Assembly: GCA_002269645.1 (NCBI GenBank)
Contig: NIVC01000128.1
Location: forward strand, 124,001 to 188,000
Direction: 5' to 3'
DNA: 64,000 nt
Origin: Macrostomum lignano
Lineage: Eukaryota
The notes beneath the pieces were generated by a model. That model was not told the origin of the DNA. It made no database searches and worked only from the letters and a program-made list of their open reading frames with translations. Position 1 is the stretch's first letter, and every line of letters begins with the position of its first letter. Both the position numbers and the translations under genes were made by a program. Positions 12,320 to 25,002 of this stretch are shown piece by piece.

Positions 12320-12872
12320 GTCACTCACTTATCAGCCAATGCATCTGGTCACTCTCTCATCAACCAATGCATCTGGTCACTCACTTATCAGCCAATGCAT
12401 CTGTTCACTCACTTTATCGGCCAATGCATCTGGTCACTCACTTTATCAGCCAATGCATCTGGCCACTCACTTTATCAGCCAATGCATCTGGCCACTCACT
12501 TTATCCGCCAATGCATCTGGTCACTCTCTTATCCACCAATGCATCTGGTCACTCACTTATCCGCCAATGCATCTGGTCACTCACTTATCCGCCAATGCAT
12601 CTGGTCACTCACTTATCAGCCAATGCATCTGGCCACTCACTTTATCCGCCAATGCATCTGGTCACTCACTTATCCGCCAATGCATCTGGTCACTCACTTA
12701 TCAGCCAATGCATCTGTTCACTCACTTTATCAGCCAATGCATCTGGTCACTCTCTCATCAGCCAATGCATCTGGTCACTCTCTCATCAGCCAATGCATCT
12801 GGTCACTCTCTTATCAGCCAATGCATCTGGTCACTCACTTATCAGCCAATGCATCTGTTCACTCACTTTATC
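12320..12872. repeat. 28-30 bp minisatellite (CAGCCAATGCATCTGGTCACTCACTTAT) in RSK intron
   Basis: About 19 tandem units. Confidence 0.95.
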
Positions 12873-13624
12873 ACTATATTATGCACTTATGCAAGGTAGT
12901 TATGAGACACTAAAACAAAGTTATGCATTCTGCAAATAGAATAAGCTGATAGCAGATAAAAAACTTGGCTAAAAGGCAGTAACTGTATTGACTGTTGCCT
13001 CTTAATGAAAGCAGGTTGCGTTGCAGTGAGTTGACAGTTTCCAATGAAAAAATTATATTCCTCGAAACTGCCCTACCTGAAGCTAGCCTAGTGTTGGTTG
13101 AATATTGGCAACTATCTTGAAGCCAGGAAGATTGCGCAACTTGCCCATGGATTGAATTCGCTTCATGGCAGAGGGCTTGTTTCTCTATGGGATGGGGGTG
13201 TGCCTTCCGCCCCTAGCCTCTGGCATGCAAGTCATTAGCCATTGATTAGCATTTGTGCCATGGCGTGGATTCAAATTAGCTCGCTGCCATAATTAGACTG
13301 TACCTGTTGCCCCCTGTCTGCTGGTCTAAAATTTCTGTTCTGATAGTAACTATACGCGCTTTGAAAATAGAAATCTAAACTGTTTCCACCTTATAGCTGT
13401 TGTAGCTGCCAAAATATATTCAATTACACTGCTTTGCATTTTTATCAGAATTTGAGTCACTTTTGCCTTTTAACCTGTCTTTGTTTCTGTCATCTTATCA
13501 GTATTTTGTACAGGCCCTAATTTGTACTATTATTGCTATCTATATCTGAGCAAAAGTATGCCTTTTATTTACTGTGGCTCTAGCTGCCGTTCTAGCATTA
13601 TCACCAAAGAATTTGCAGTTGATT

Positions 13625-14058
13625 GGGAGCATCAGCTGACCAATTAGTCTATGGACTGGGATCATCAGCTGACCAATTAGTCTATGGACTGGGAGCATCA
13701 GCTGACCAATTAGTCTATGGACTGGGAGCATCAGCTGACCAATTAGTCTATGGACTGGGAGCATCAGCTGACCAATTAGTCTATGGACTGGGAGCATCAG
13801 CTGACCAATTAGTCTATGGACTGGGAGCATCAGCTGACCAATTAGTCTATGGACTGGGAGCATCAGCTGACCAATTAGTCTATGGACTGGGAGCATCAGC
13901 TGACCAATTAGTCTATGGACTGGGAGCATCAGCTGACCAATTAGTCTATGGACTGGGAGCATCAGCTGACCGATTAGTCTATGGACTGGGAGCATCAGCT
14001 GACCAATTAGTCTATGGACTGGGAGCATCAGCTGACCAATTAGTCTATGGACTGGGAG
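13625..14058. repeat. 33-bp minisatellite (GGGAGCATCAGCTGACCAATTAGTCTATGGACT), about 13 copies
   Basis: Near-perfect tandem units. Confidence 0.95.
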
Positions 14059-14649
14059 GAGTTTACGGAGTATCAATTAAGCTATTAGTTTATCCAATTA
14101 GATAATTTACTAACCCATTCCCATAGTGTTTGAGGTAAAAATGTGCCTATCCATTTTTGTCTAGCTCGTATGTTATGCCGAAAGTTGTACTATTATTTTA
14201 GAATTTTTGGGATGCAAAATCAGTAGATAATAACCCGCTATAGAGTCTGACCGTCAGCCGTTTGTTGTTTTTTTAATTTTAGAGCATTATTCATTATAAT
14301 AGGCCTTATAAGTGCAACTGCACTGTGACTCTTCCTCTAAAAGGCTTAATACGAGCGTAGTATGACAATCTGTCTGTCCCGTTTTCTCTAGAGATCTCTA
14401 AGAATTTTAATTAGTGAGCCAATCCCCTCTCCCGGGCTTGGAGCGGCTCCTACTCATTTGTAAGATTTACGGGGCTAGCACGAAAACTCGTTGCGTGCCT
14501 AGGAAGCCGCTCACTCAAAGGAACGAGGGAGAAGCAAATAAAGGACAGTTATTAACTAATGCATTTTTTTCTGTACGAGACATTTCTCAAAGTGGCGCTC
14601 AGTAGGTTTGGAACGAGGGCCGGATAAGTTACGAAATGCTATCTTTTCC

Positions 14650-15400
14650 TGTTCAAAATGGCAACCCTTTCAATGTGCAAAATGGCACCTGGCCTTTCAA
14701 GGTTAAAAATGGCACCAAGCCTTTTAAAATTCAAAATAGCACCCCTTTTAAGTTTCAAAATGGCACTAGGCCTTTTAAGATTCAAAATGGCACCAGGCCT
14801 TTCAAGGTTCAAAATGGCACCAGGCCTTTTAAGATTCAAAATGGCACCTGGCCTTTCAAGGTTCAAAATGGCACCCCTTTTAAGTTTCAAAATGGCACCA
14901 GGCCTTTTAAGATTCAAAATGGCACCCCTTTTAAGTTTCAAAATGGCACCAGGCCTTTTAAGATTCAAAATGGCACCCCTTTTAAGTTTCAAAATGGCAC
15001 CAGGCCTTTTAAGATTCAAAATGGCACCCCTTTTAAGCTTCAAAATGGCACCAGGCCTTTTAAGATTCAAAATGGCACCCCTTTCAAGATTCAAAATGGC
15101 ACCCCTTTCAAGGTTCAAAATGGCACCAGGCCTTTTAAAATTCAAAATAGCACCCCTTTTTAAGTTTCAAAATGGCACCAGGCCTTTTAAGATTCAAAAT
15201 GGCACCTGGCCTTTCAAGGTTCGAAATGGCACCCCTTTCAAGTTTCAAAATGGCACCCCTTTCAGGTTCAAAATGGCACCCCTTTCAAGTTTCAAAATTG
15301 CACCCCTTTCAAGGTTCAAAATGGCATCCCTTTTAAAGTTCGAAATGGTACATTTTACAAGGTTCAAAATGGCACCCCTTTCAACCTTCAAAATGGCACT
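14650..15400. repeat. 24/27-bp minisatellite (CAAAATGGCACC core)
   Basis: Interleaved 24- and 27-bp variants. Confidence 0.95.
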
Positions 15401-16246
15401 TCTTGAAGATTAGAAATGACTCAAGAGGAAGAGGTTACGAAACTGCATTTTTAACCATCTTGTAGAAACTCAAAGGCACAAAAGTATTGTATTCATTCAA
15501 AATGGCACCCACTAACTTGCGGAGTTATTAAATTAATATGACACTTCCCGGAATAAGAAGTGGCCATCAGCAGTGTTTTAAAAAAGGCATTCGGTCTAAG
15601 ACTCTATAGAATATAGTAGTAATAAATCATTGGAATATTAGACTTGCTGCTACCGCATCCATGAATAATTTAAATTGTTCTTATCTACAAATCAGAGGAA
15701 TTTGTTGCCGGGGAAAAATTGCCGACTTCCCAAACCGGCAGGATTTGAATAGACTATTTGTTTTCATTTGACAAGCAGTTCACAGTAATGTCAATAAAAT
15801 TTTATGATAAAGAATTCTTTTTACGGTCGTGCCTAAATATTTTAATCCAAGATAACTATAAATAAGTACTTTTATTGTGAGCTAGCCGTGAGTAGACTGA
15901 TAGGCTCGCCATGGTCCGTGTTTGCCTATTCACCTCACAGGCATTGGTTCTCCCCTCTCTCAGCCACTCTCTCAGCCTGGGCCATAGTGGGAAACGGGGC
16001 AGATGTCTTGTTTCCATGCTCCTATTTTGCAGGCAAAATGTGTAGGCGGTAATCACGTTTGCCATTCCTTTATACCCATTTATTTGGCTTGCCACAAAAG
16101 CGAGTCCATATTTGCATTGAAATCGCTGCAAAGTTCAAGATACTTTTAAGATCTTGGGGCCCTTTTAACTGTCTATTTGGCTCGGGTTTTTCCGAATGAT
16201 GTTTTGCAGTTTTTAGTTTTGATAAATTATTTAAAACCTCTCTCAT

Positions 16247-16737
16247 CCAGATCCTCAGGTTGAGCAGCCAGACTGCCAGATCCTCAGGTTGAGCAGCCAG
16301 ACTCCCAGATCTTCAGATTGAGCAGCAGCCAGACTCCCAGATCCTCAGATTAAGCAGCCAGACTGCCAGATCCTCAGATTGAGCAGCAGCCAGACTGCCA
16401 GATCCTCAGATTGAGCAGCAGCCAGACTGCCAGATCCGGCCTCAGATTGAGCAGCAGCCAGACTGCCAGATCATCAGATTGAGCAGCCAGACTCCCAGAT
16501 CCTCAGATTGAGCAGCAGCCAGACTCCCAGATCCTCAGATTGAGCAGCCAGACTGCCAGATCATCAGATTGAGCAGCCAGACTCCCAGATCCTCAGATTG
16601 AGCAGCAGCCAGACTCCCAGATCCTCAGATTGAGCAGCCAGACTGCCAGATCCTCAGATTGAGCAGCAGCCAGACTCCCAGATCCTCAGATTAAGCAGCC
16701 AGACTGCCAGATCCTCAGGTTGAGCAGCCAGACTCCT
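16247..16737. repeat. 29/32-bp minisatellite (CAGATCCTCAGATTGAGCAGCCAGACTGC)
   Basis: Direct reading. Confidence 0.95.
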
Positions 16738-16739
16738 GA

Positions 16740-17081
<342 letters not shown>

Positions 17082-17089
17082 TAACTCGT

Positions 17090-17237
17090 GAGCCATTGAC
17101 TTGTGAGTCATCACCATTGACTTGTGAGTCATCCCCATTGACTTGTGAGTCATCACCATTGACTTGTGAGTCATCACCATTGACTTGTGAGTCATCACCA
17201 TTGACTTGTGAGTCACCACCATTGACTTGTGAGTCAA
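17090..17237. repeat. 21-bp minisatellite, each unit carrying TGAGTCA
   Basis: TGAGTCA at 17104, 17125, 17146, 17167, 17188, 17209, 17230. Confidence 0.95.
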
Positions 17238-17330
17238 CACAAAATATTTATGATCCATCACCATGACCACTATGGCGTGACTCATTCATCTTTAACACAG
17301 TTAAGCAAGTTCTATTAACCCCATTTCCAG

Positions 17331-17650
17331 ACGAACAGGGCCACATTAAGCTGACAGACTTCGGCCTGAGCAAGGAGTCCGTATTCGATGACAGTTCGAA
17401 GACCTACTCTTTCTGCGGGACAGTGGAGTACATGGCCCCCGAAGTGGTTAATAGGAAAGGTCACGGTACAGCTAGCGATTGGTGGAGCTACGGAGTGCTC
17501 ATGTTCGAGATGCTCACCGGCTCGCTGCCGTTCCAGGGCAGCACTCGCAAGGAGACGATGCACCAGATACTCAAGGCCAAGCTGGCTATGCCGCAGTTTC
17601 TGTCCGCCGATGCTCAAAGTCTCCTGCGCGCCCTGTTCAAGAGAAATCCG
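17331..17650 (+). CDS. RPS6KA: RSK exon (DFGLSKES...[13 protein letters not shown]...LFKRNP)
   Basis: NTKD activation loop with the PDK1 site, AG/GT boundaries in phase. Confidence 0.97.
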
Positions 17651-17669
17651 GTGCGTTTTATTCAAATAG

Positions 17670-18600
17670 TCCCAAATCCCCTCGATGCATTATGATCCCT
17701 AATCCCCTCCCAGATACATTATGGTCTCTAATCCCGTCCCAGATACATTACGGTCCCTAATCCCCTCCCAGATACATTATGGTCCCTAATCCCCTCCCAG
17801 ATGTATTATGATCCCAAATCCCCTCCCAGATACATTATGGTCCCTAATCCCCTCCCAGATGTATTATGATCCCAAATCCCCTCCCAGATGCATCATGGTC
17901 CCAAATCCCCTGCCAGATGCATCATTGTCCCAAATCCCCTCCCAAATACATTATGATCCCTAATCCCCTCCCAGATTACATTATGATCACTAATCCCCCC
18001 AGATACATAATGATTCCTAATCCCCTCCCTGATACATATGATCACTAATCCCCTCCCAGATGCATTAATGATTCCAAATCCCCTCCCAGATACATATGAT
18101 CACTAATCCCCTCCCAGATGCATCATGGTTCCGAATCCCCTCCCAGATGCATCATTGTCCCAAATCCCCTCCCAAATACATTATGATCCCTAATCCCTCT
18201 CAGATGCATTATAATCCCAAATCACCTCTCAGATACAATATGATCTCTAATCCCCTCCCAGATGCATTAATGATTCCAAATCCCCTCCCAGATACATTGA
18301 TCCCAAATCCCCTGCCAGATGCATTAATGATCCCTAATCCCCTCCCAGATACATATGATCACTAATCTCCTCCCAGATACATTATGATCCCTAATCCCCT
18401 CCCAGATTACATTATGATCACTAATCCCCCCAGATACATAATGATTCCTAATCCCCTCCCTGATACATATGATCACTAATCCCCTTCCAGATACATATGA
18501 TCACTAATCTCCTCCCAGATACATTATGATCCCCAATCCCCTCCCAGATACATCATGATCCCCAATCTCCTCCCAGATACATCATGATCCCAAATCCCCA
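17670..18600. repeat. About 29-bp degenerate minisatellite (ATGATCCCTAATCCCCTCCCAGATACATT)
   Basis: Direct reading. Confidence 0.93.
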
Positions 18601-18669
18601 TTCTCTGCATTACACAACACTTTAATTGATCCTTCGATCCCCTCAACAACCTGGCCTTACAAATCGCAG

Positions 18670-19164
18670 GGCAACCGCCTCGGCTCCGGTCCCAACGGCA
18701 TTGCCGAGCTAAAAGTGCACTCATTCTTTGCCAGCATCGCCTGGGACGACCTGCTTCACCGGCGCTTCCAGCCGCCATTCAAACCAGTTTGCTCTCGGGC
18801 TGACGACACGTTCTACTTTGACAATGAGTACACCAACCGGACTCCGCAGGACTCGCCCTGCATGCCGCCTTCTGCCACGGCCAACGAACTGTTCCGCGGC
18901 TTCTCCTACGTGGCCCCGCTGCTGCTGACGCAACAGCAGCAGAACCAGCAGTCGGGCCCTGGTGAGGACGACGCTGACAGCATTGAAGCCAACGACGGAG
19001 ACGCAGCAGCCGCCATCGCCGTTAAAAATGTCTGCCGACTGAGAGGCGTTAAAACCAGCCCGTTTCTGACTGACTACGAACTCAAAGAGCAGCTGGGCTG
19101 CGGCTCCTTCTCGGAGTGCCGCCGCTGCGTGCACAGGGTGTCTGGAGAGAGCTGCGCTGTCAAG
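18670..19164 (+). CDS. RPS6KA: RSK exon: AGC tail, linker (turn motif DSP, hydrophobic motif FRGFSYV) and start of CTKD
   Basis: GNRLGSGP...PPFKP...FRGFSYV...LGCGSFSECRRCVHR...CAVK, 165 codons. Confidence 0.96.
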
Positions 19165-19221
19165 GTTTGATGGGGCCTTGCACTCAGCTCTTTTCATAGC
19201 TTTTCTTCGTTAGGGGATTTG

Positions 19222-20160
19222 TCATCCTCTTTCTCCCATTTTGGGATTCGTCACTTTTCTCTCATTTTGGGATTCGTCACTTTTCTCCCATTTTGGAATT
19301 CGTCACTTTTCTCTCATTTTGGGATTCGTCACTTTTCTCCCATTTTGGAATTCGTCACTTTTCTCTCATTTTGGGATTCGTCACTTTTCTCCCATTTTGG
19401 AATTCGTCACTTTTCTCTCATTTTGGGATTCGTCACTTTTCTCCCATTTTGGAATTCGTCACTTTTCTCCCATTTTGGGATTCGTCACTTTTCTCCCATT
19501 TTCGGATTCGTCACTTTTCTCTCATTCTGGGATTTGTCACTTTTCTCCCATTCTAATTATTAGCTACATTCCTCCCATTTTGGGATTCGTCACTTTTCTC
19601 TCATTTTGGGATTCGTCACTTTTCTCCCATTTTGGAATTCGTCACTTTTCTCCCATTTTGGGATTCGTCACTTTTCTCCCATTTTCGGATTCGTCACTTT
19701 TCTCTCATTCTGGGATTTGTCACTTTTCTCCCATTCTAATTATTAGCTACATTCCTCCCATTTTGGGATTCGTCACTTTTTCTCTCATTTTGGGATTCGT
19801 CGCTTTTCTCCCATTCTAATTATTGGCTACATTCCTCCCATTTTGGGATTCGTCACTTTTCTCTCATTTTGGGATTCGTCGCTTTTCTCCCATTCTAATT
19901 ATATTGGCTACATTCCTCCCATTTTGGGATTCGTCACTTTTCTCTCATTTTGGGATTCGTCGCTTTTCTCCCATTCTAATTATTGGCTACATTCCTCCCA
20001 TTTTGGGATTCGTCACTTTTCTCTCATTTTGGGATTTGTCACTGTTTCCATTTTAGGGATTGTCACTTTTCTCCCATTTTAGGATCGTTCACTTTCCTCC
20101 CATTTATTAATTTGGCACTTTCCTCCCATTTTGGGAATCATCACTTGTCTCCCATTTGGA
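19222..20160. repeat. 26-bp minisatellite (CACTTTTCTCCCATTTTGGGATTCGT)
   Basis: Direct reading. Alternating variants, decaying to the right. Confidence 0.93.
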
Positions 20161-20439
20161 ATTCGCCACTTTTCAATGGTTTCGTCACGTGGATTTATTT
20201 TTTGGATTTAAGATTTGTCTCTTGCTTCTATTTTAAAACCAAATTTTATTTTAAGCTTCTTCTTTTGCTTGCCCCTTTCAGGTCTGTCCACCCTCTCTGT
20301 CAGTTTAAATATCCTTTTTCATTTTTTGTGTTAGTTTTTGAAATCCATCAATTGCCCTGCGGTAGGCTCGTATCAGTCTCTGTGCGATCTGTCGTGCTGC
20401 TTCATCCCCTTAATCCCCTGTTCCCCATCTGGCCCGCAG

Positions 20440-20760
20440 ATTATCGACTGCGCCAAACGAGATCCGCGCGAAGAGGTCGAAATTTTGCTGCGCTTCTCCG
20501 AGCACTCCAACATCGTGAGCCTGTACGATGTGTACGCCTCTGCCGGCAAGGTCTACCTGGTCATGGAGATGCTCTGGGGTGGCGAATTGCTAGACAAAAT
20601 CCTCAGGCAAAAGTTTTTTAGCGAACGCGAGGCCTCAGCCGTGCTAGATGTGGTTTGCCGCACCATCAGCTACCTGCACTCGCAGGGCGTGGTGCACCGA
20701 GACCTCAAGCCGTCTAACTTAGTCTACGCTTCTGAGGACGGCTCGCCCGAGAGTCTGCGG
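20440..20760 (+). CDS. RPS6KA: RSK exon: CTKD ([19 protein letters not shown]...[11 protein letters not shown])
   Basis: RSK CTKD motifs, CAG/GTAAAC boundaries, 107 codons. Confidence 0.96.
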
Positions 20761-20784
20761 GTAAACGCTCGCTTTTGTTCAGGG

Positions 20785-21782
20785 GTACATGCCAGCCCAT
20801 TGCAATACCTCAGTAGGTACATGCCAGCCCATTGCAATACCTCAGTAGGTACATGCCAGCCCATTGCAATACCTCAGTAGGCACATGCCAGCCCATTGCA
20901 ATACCTCAGTAGGTACATGCCAGCCCATTGCAGTACCTCAGTAGGCACATGCCAGCCCATTGCAGTACCTCAGTAGGCACATGCCAGCCCATTGCAGTAC
21001 CTCAGTAGGTACATGCCAGCCCATTGCAATACCTCAGTAGGCACATGCCAGCCCATTGCAGTACCTCAGTAGGCACATGCCAGCCCATTGCAGTACCTCA
21101 GTAGGTACATGCCAGCCCATTGCAATACCTCAGTAGGTACATGCCAGCCCATTGCAGTACCTCAGTAGGCACATGCCAGCCCATTGCAATACCTCAGTGG
21201 GTACATGCCAGCCCATTGCAATGCCTCAGTAGGTACATGCCAGCCCGTGCAATACCTCAGTAGGTACATGCCAGCCCATTGCAGTACCTCAGTAGGCACA
21301 TGCCAGCCCGTGCAATACCTCAGTAGGTACATGCCAGCCCATTGCAGTACCTCAGTAGGCACATGCCAGCCCATTGCAATACCTCAGTGGGTACATGCCA
21401 GCCCATTGCAATGCCTCAGTAGGTACATGCCAGCCCGTGCAATACCTCAGTAGGTACATGCCAGCCCATTGCAGTACCTCAGTAGGTACATGCCAGCCCA
21501 TTGCAATACCTCAGTAGGTACATGCCAGCCCATTGCAGTGCCTCAGTAGGTACATGCTAGCCCATTGCAGTACCTCAGTAGGCACATGCCAGCCCATTGC
21601 AATACCTCAGTAGGTACATGCCAGCCCATTGCAATACCTCAGTAGGTACATGCCAGCCCATTGCAATACCTCAGTAGGTACATGCCAGCCCATTGCAGTG
21701 CCTCAGTAGGTACATGCCAGCCCATTGCAATACCTCAGTAGGTACATGCCAGCCCATTGCAGTGCCTCAGTAGGTACATGCC
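20785..21782. repeat. 32-bp minisatellite (CAGTAGGTACATGCCAGCCCATTGCAATACCT), about 31 copies
   Basis: Direct reading. Confidence 0.95.
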
Positions 21783-22279
21783 ACCTGTCTCTCAGTTCTC
21801 AGACTTACAGTTTGCTCCAACCAATCTGCAGTTATGAGGGACAGTCTACAGGATAAAAATAGGTCTATTTTAATCAGTGGCCAATGGGCTTCCAGAGTGT
21901 TTTCTGTATATTTTTCAGTCGAATCTGCAGAAGCAGAAGATTGCTTTTGGAGCAACTCTAGCTGCCCTGTTTCTTTCCATATTTGGACTGGCAAAGAGTT
22001 TATTTTTTTCCTTCTAATCGGCCATCCTTTGGCCAAGCGCACCTGACTCAGTGCAGTGGGCGGCGTGAAGCCCACTCCACAGGATTATTCTGAGTTTCTT
22101 CTGTCCGCTTCCAAAGCCAGTTTTTGTGACTATGCGATTGTAAAATCATATTGATGACTGATTGTTTTCGTTTTTACCTTTGAAGGCTGGCTTTACCTAG
22201 AAATAAATGTGTTAAAAAGATGGGCACATGTCTTACGCCAGGTACTTCGATGACCCAGTTTGCTTATTTTGGATAAACA

Positions 22280-23170
22280 GGGGTGTAGCCTAAAGGGGGC
22301 GCCATCACAAACCCTAAAAATCACAACCTCGAAAACAATAACAAGCCCCATCACAAACACGAAAAAGCACATTCTCGAAATCCATAACAAGCCCCATCAC
22401 AAACCCGAAAAGCACATTCTCGAAATCGATAACAAGCCCCATCACAAACACGAAAAAGCACATTCTCGAAATCGATAACAAGCCCCATCACAAACACGAA
22501 AAAGCACATTCTCGAAATCGATAACAAGCCCCATCACAAACCCGAAAAGCACATTCTCGAAATCGATAATGTAATAAATTTGAAGGCAAAGGCTGGCTTG
22601 TTGCACGAATTAGTTTGCTCTGCTGAGCTGAGAATTGCGATACCGGAAAAGAGTTGCCCTTCCCAAGCAGAGTGGGAGGCACCTTTAAGGAAGAATATTT
22701 GGGGTGGGTACGCCCCGAGCTTCGTAGAGAGAAGGCATGAGTGGGACGCACATAGACAGAGAGATACGGACAATGGGGTGAGTCACACGCAGACGGACAG
22801 ACAGACAGAGAGAGATGTTGGAACCAGACAGACACGCAGTGATTCAGACAAAGGGAAGGTGCATACGCAAAACACTAAGAGTTCATAATGTCCGTGGCAC
22901 AAACGCCACAGATAACAAGCCCCATCACAAACCCGAAAGGCACATTCTCGAAAATCCAAAATGCTGGCCTCTTATGAGCCCTCTATTGGTTCCGCTAAGG
23001 CCAGTAAGAAAAAAATTCCATAGGTTTCTCTGGAATTACACAAAAATTCCCTGGAAATTTGGACCCCTTCCATGGCGACAACATTTCGGGTTATGATGGG
23101 GCTTGTCACAGTTTTCGAGAATGTGATATTTCGGGTTTGCGATATTTCGGGTTTGCGATGCCCCCCGACT
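22280..23170. mobile_element. Foldback/MITE-like insert with 45-46 bp subterminal repeats in inverted orientation
   Basis: Units CACATTCTCGAAA..ACAAGCCCCATCACAAACCCGAAA at 22310-22570 and 22910-22955; their reverse complement lies at about 23085-23160. Confidence 0.5.
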
Positions 23171-23174
23171 AAAG

Positions 23175-23320
23175 CGGCGGACCCGGGTTTGATTCCGTGC
23201 GCGGCCACATTCGCTTGGGGCTTGTGTGCAGGAAAACTGGCCGGCGCGTTGCCGTGCGATTCGCAGCCATGTGAGGGCCAGCCCCAAGGCACAGAGAGTG
23301 TAGAAGCCTGACGAGTAGAA
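23175..23320 (+). mobile_element. Possible 5'-truncated tRNA-derived SINE
   Basis: B-box-like CCCGGGTTTGATTCC followed by GGCCA; no A-box seen. Confidence 0.3.
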
Positions 23321-23427
23321 AGTCGGCGGAATGGGCAGAAATTGCCCGCAGCGTTGGTTGTGAGACGATGTCGCTGCCTATAGGAATTTCTATACAGAAT
23401 GGCCCGTTAAATTTCTCTCACCGACAG

Positions 23428-23712
23428 GTGTGCGACTTTGGCTTCGCCAAGCAGCTGCGCGCAGACAATGGCCTGCTAATGACGCCCTGCTACACCGCCT
23501 CGTTCGTGGCGCCTGAGGTGCTCAAATTGCAGGGCTATTCGGCCGCCTGCGACGTCTGGAGCGCCGGGGTGCTGCTGTACACCATGCTGGCCGGACAGAC
23601 TCCGTACGCGCACGGCCCGGCCGACCCGGCCGAGGAAATACTCAACCGAATTGAGACTGGCAGGGTGGAACTTGAGGGCGGCAACTGGGAGTCCGTGTCA
23701 CCCGCTGCCAAG
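23428..23712 (+). CDS. RPS6KA: RSK exon: CTKD activation loop ([30 protein letters not shown])
   Basis: ERK site LMTP present, 95 codons, AG/GT boundaries. Confidence 0.97.
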
Positions 23713-23779
23713 GTGGGCTGACTGTGGCGCTGGGCCATTCAGCCACAATCAACATTAATAAAGCACTAGAACGAACAGA

Positions 23780-23916
23780 CAATAGGCAGGCAGACTCTGT
23801 GACAGACAGCCAGGCAGACTGACTGACAGTCAGGCAGACTCTGTGACAGACAGTCAGGAAGACTCTGTGACAGACAGTCAGGCAGACTCTGTGACAGACA
23901 GTCAGGAAGACTCTGT

Positions 23917-23954
<38 letters not shown>

Positions 23955-23979
23955 GAGACAGACAGACAGATAGACAGAA

Positions 23980-24046
<67 letters not shown>

Positions 24047-24075
24047 GAGACCGACAGACAGACAGAGACAGACAA

Positions 24076-24112
<37 letters not shown>

Positions 24113-24118
24113 GAGACC

Positions 24119-24196
<78 letters not shown>

Positions 24197-24202
24197 GAGA
24201 CC

Positions 24203-24244
<42 letters not shown>

Positions 24245-24322
24245 GACAGACAAAGAGACAGACAGACAGACAGACAGAGAGACCGACAGACAGACAGACA
24301 GACAGACAGAGACAGACAAAGC

Positions 24323-24408
<86 letters not shown>

Positions 24409-24420
24409 GAGACAGACGAG
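23780..24420. repeat. (GACA)n microsatellite with degenerate 5' flank
   Basis: Direct reading. Confidence 0.97.
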
Positions 24421-24598
24421 CAAGCACACTCTGTTTTAGAAAAGCCCATGTACGGGAGTTTAACATTCCGTCTGTATAATTTCCTAACAGAAATCGAGTA
24501 AAGTTTTGTTTTAATGCAGTAATTTTTTCTCTTGAATTACCCACTACTACTTACTCAAGAGTAGTGAAATTTGGACAACCAACACACCTGCACCGCAG

Positions 24599-24916
24599 GA
24601 CCTGGTCAGGCGCATGCTCCACGTGGACCCCAGCCAGCGCATCACTGCGGCCCAGGTATTGCAGCACACCTGGGTGGCGCATCGTTCCGCTCTGCCGATG
24701 TTTCGCCTCGCTGTGCGCCAAGAGGCCGGCCAGATGCTCGGCGCTATGCGCGCCACATTCGCTGCCGTTAACAGCACCAGCACCGGCGCCGGCAACAGCG
24801 GCCGCGGAGGTGCCGGTCGTCAGGCAGCGCAGGTGCCCGCGCTGCAAAGCGTGGCAGCGTCTGATTTAGCTAAACGGCGCGGCAAAAGCAAGCCGAAGGT
24901 GTCTACGGAAGTATAG
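24599..24916 (+). CDS. RPS6KA: RSK last coding exon with ERK docking motif (LAKRR) and class I PDZ ligand (STEV*)
   Basis: DLVRRMLHVDP.QRITAAQVLQHTW...SDLAKRRGKSKPKVSTEV*. Exons 11744-24916 join to about 760 codons without a stop. Confidence 0.95.
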   Translation, partial: DLVRRMLHVDPSQRITAAQVLQHTWVAHRSALPMFRLAVRQEAGQMLGAMRATFAAVNSTSTGAGNSGRGGAGRQAAQVPALQSVAASDLAKRRGKSKPKVSTEV

Positions 24917-25002
24917 AGCAGGTTTGCAGCGTAGATGCGGACCAACCGCGATTGCTCAGTGCAGCGTTTCTGTCCGTTTCTGCTGCCGTTTTTGAGGTTG
25001 CA

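Noticed and set aside
12249-15413. Repeat-derived ORFs (SANASGH, GASADQLVYGL, FKIQNGT); likewise those at 19219-20082, 23642-24544, 31841-32758, 37917-38798, 40045-40973, 43110-45037 and 47120-47678
   Set aside because: Translations of intronic or intergenic tandem arrays with no unique coding context.
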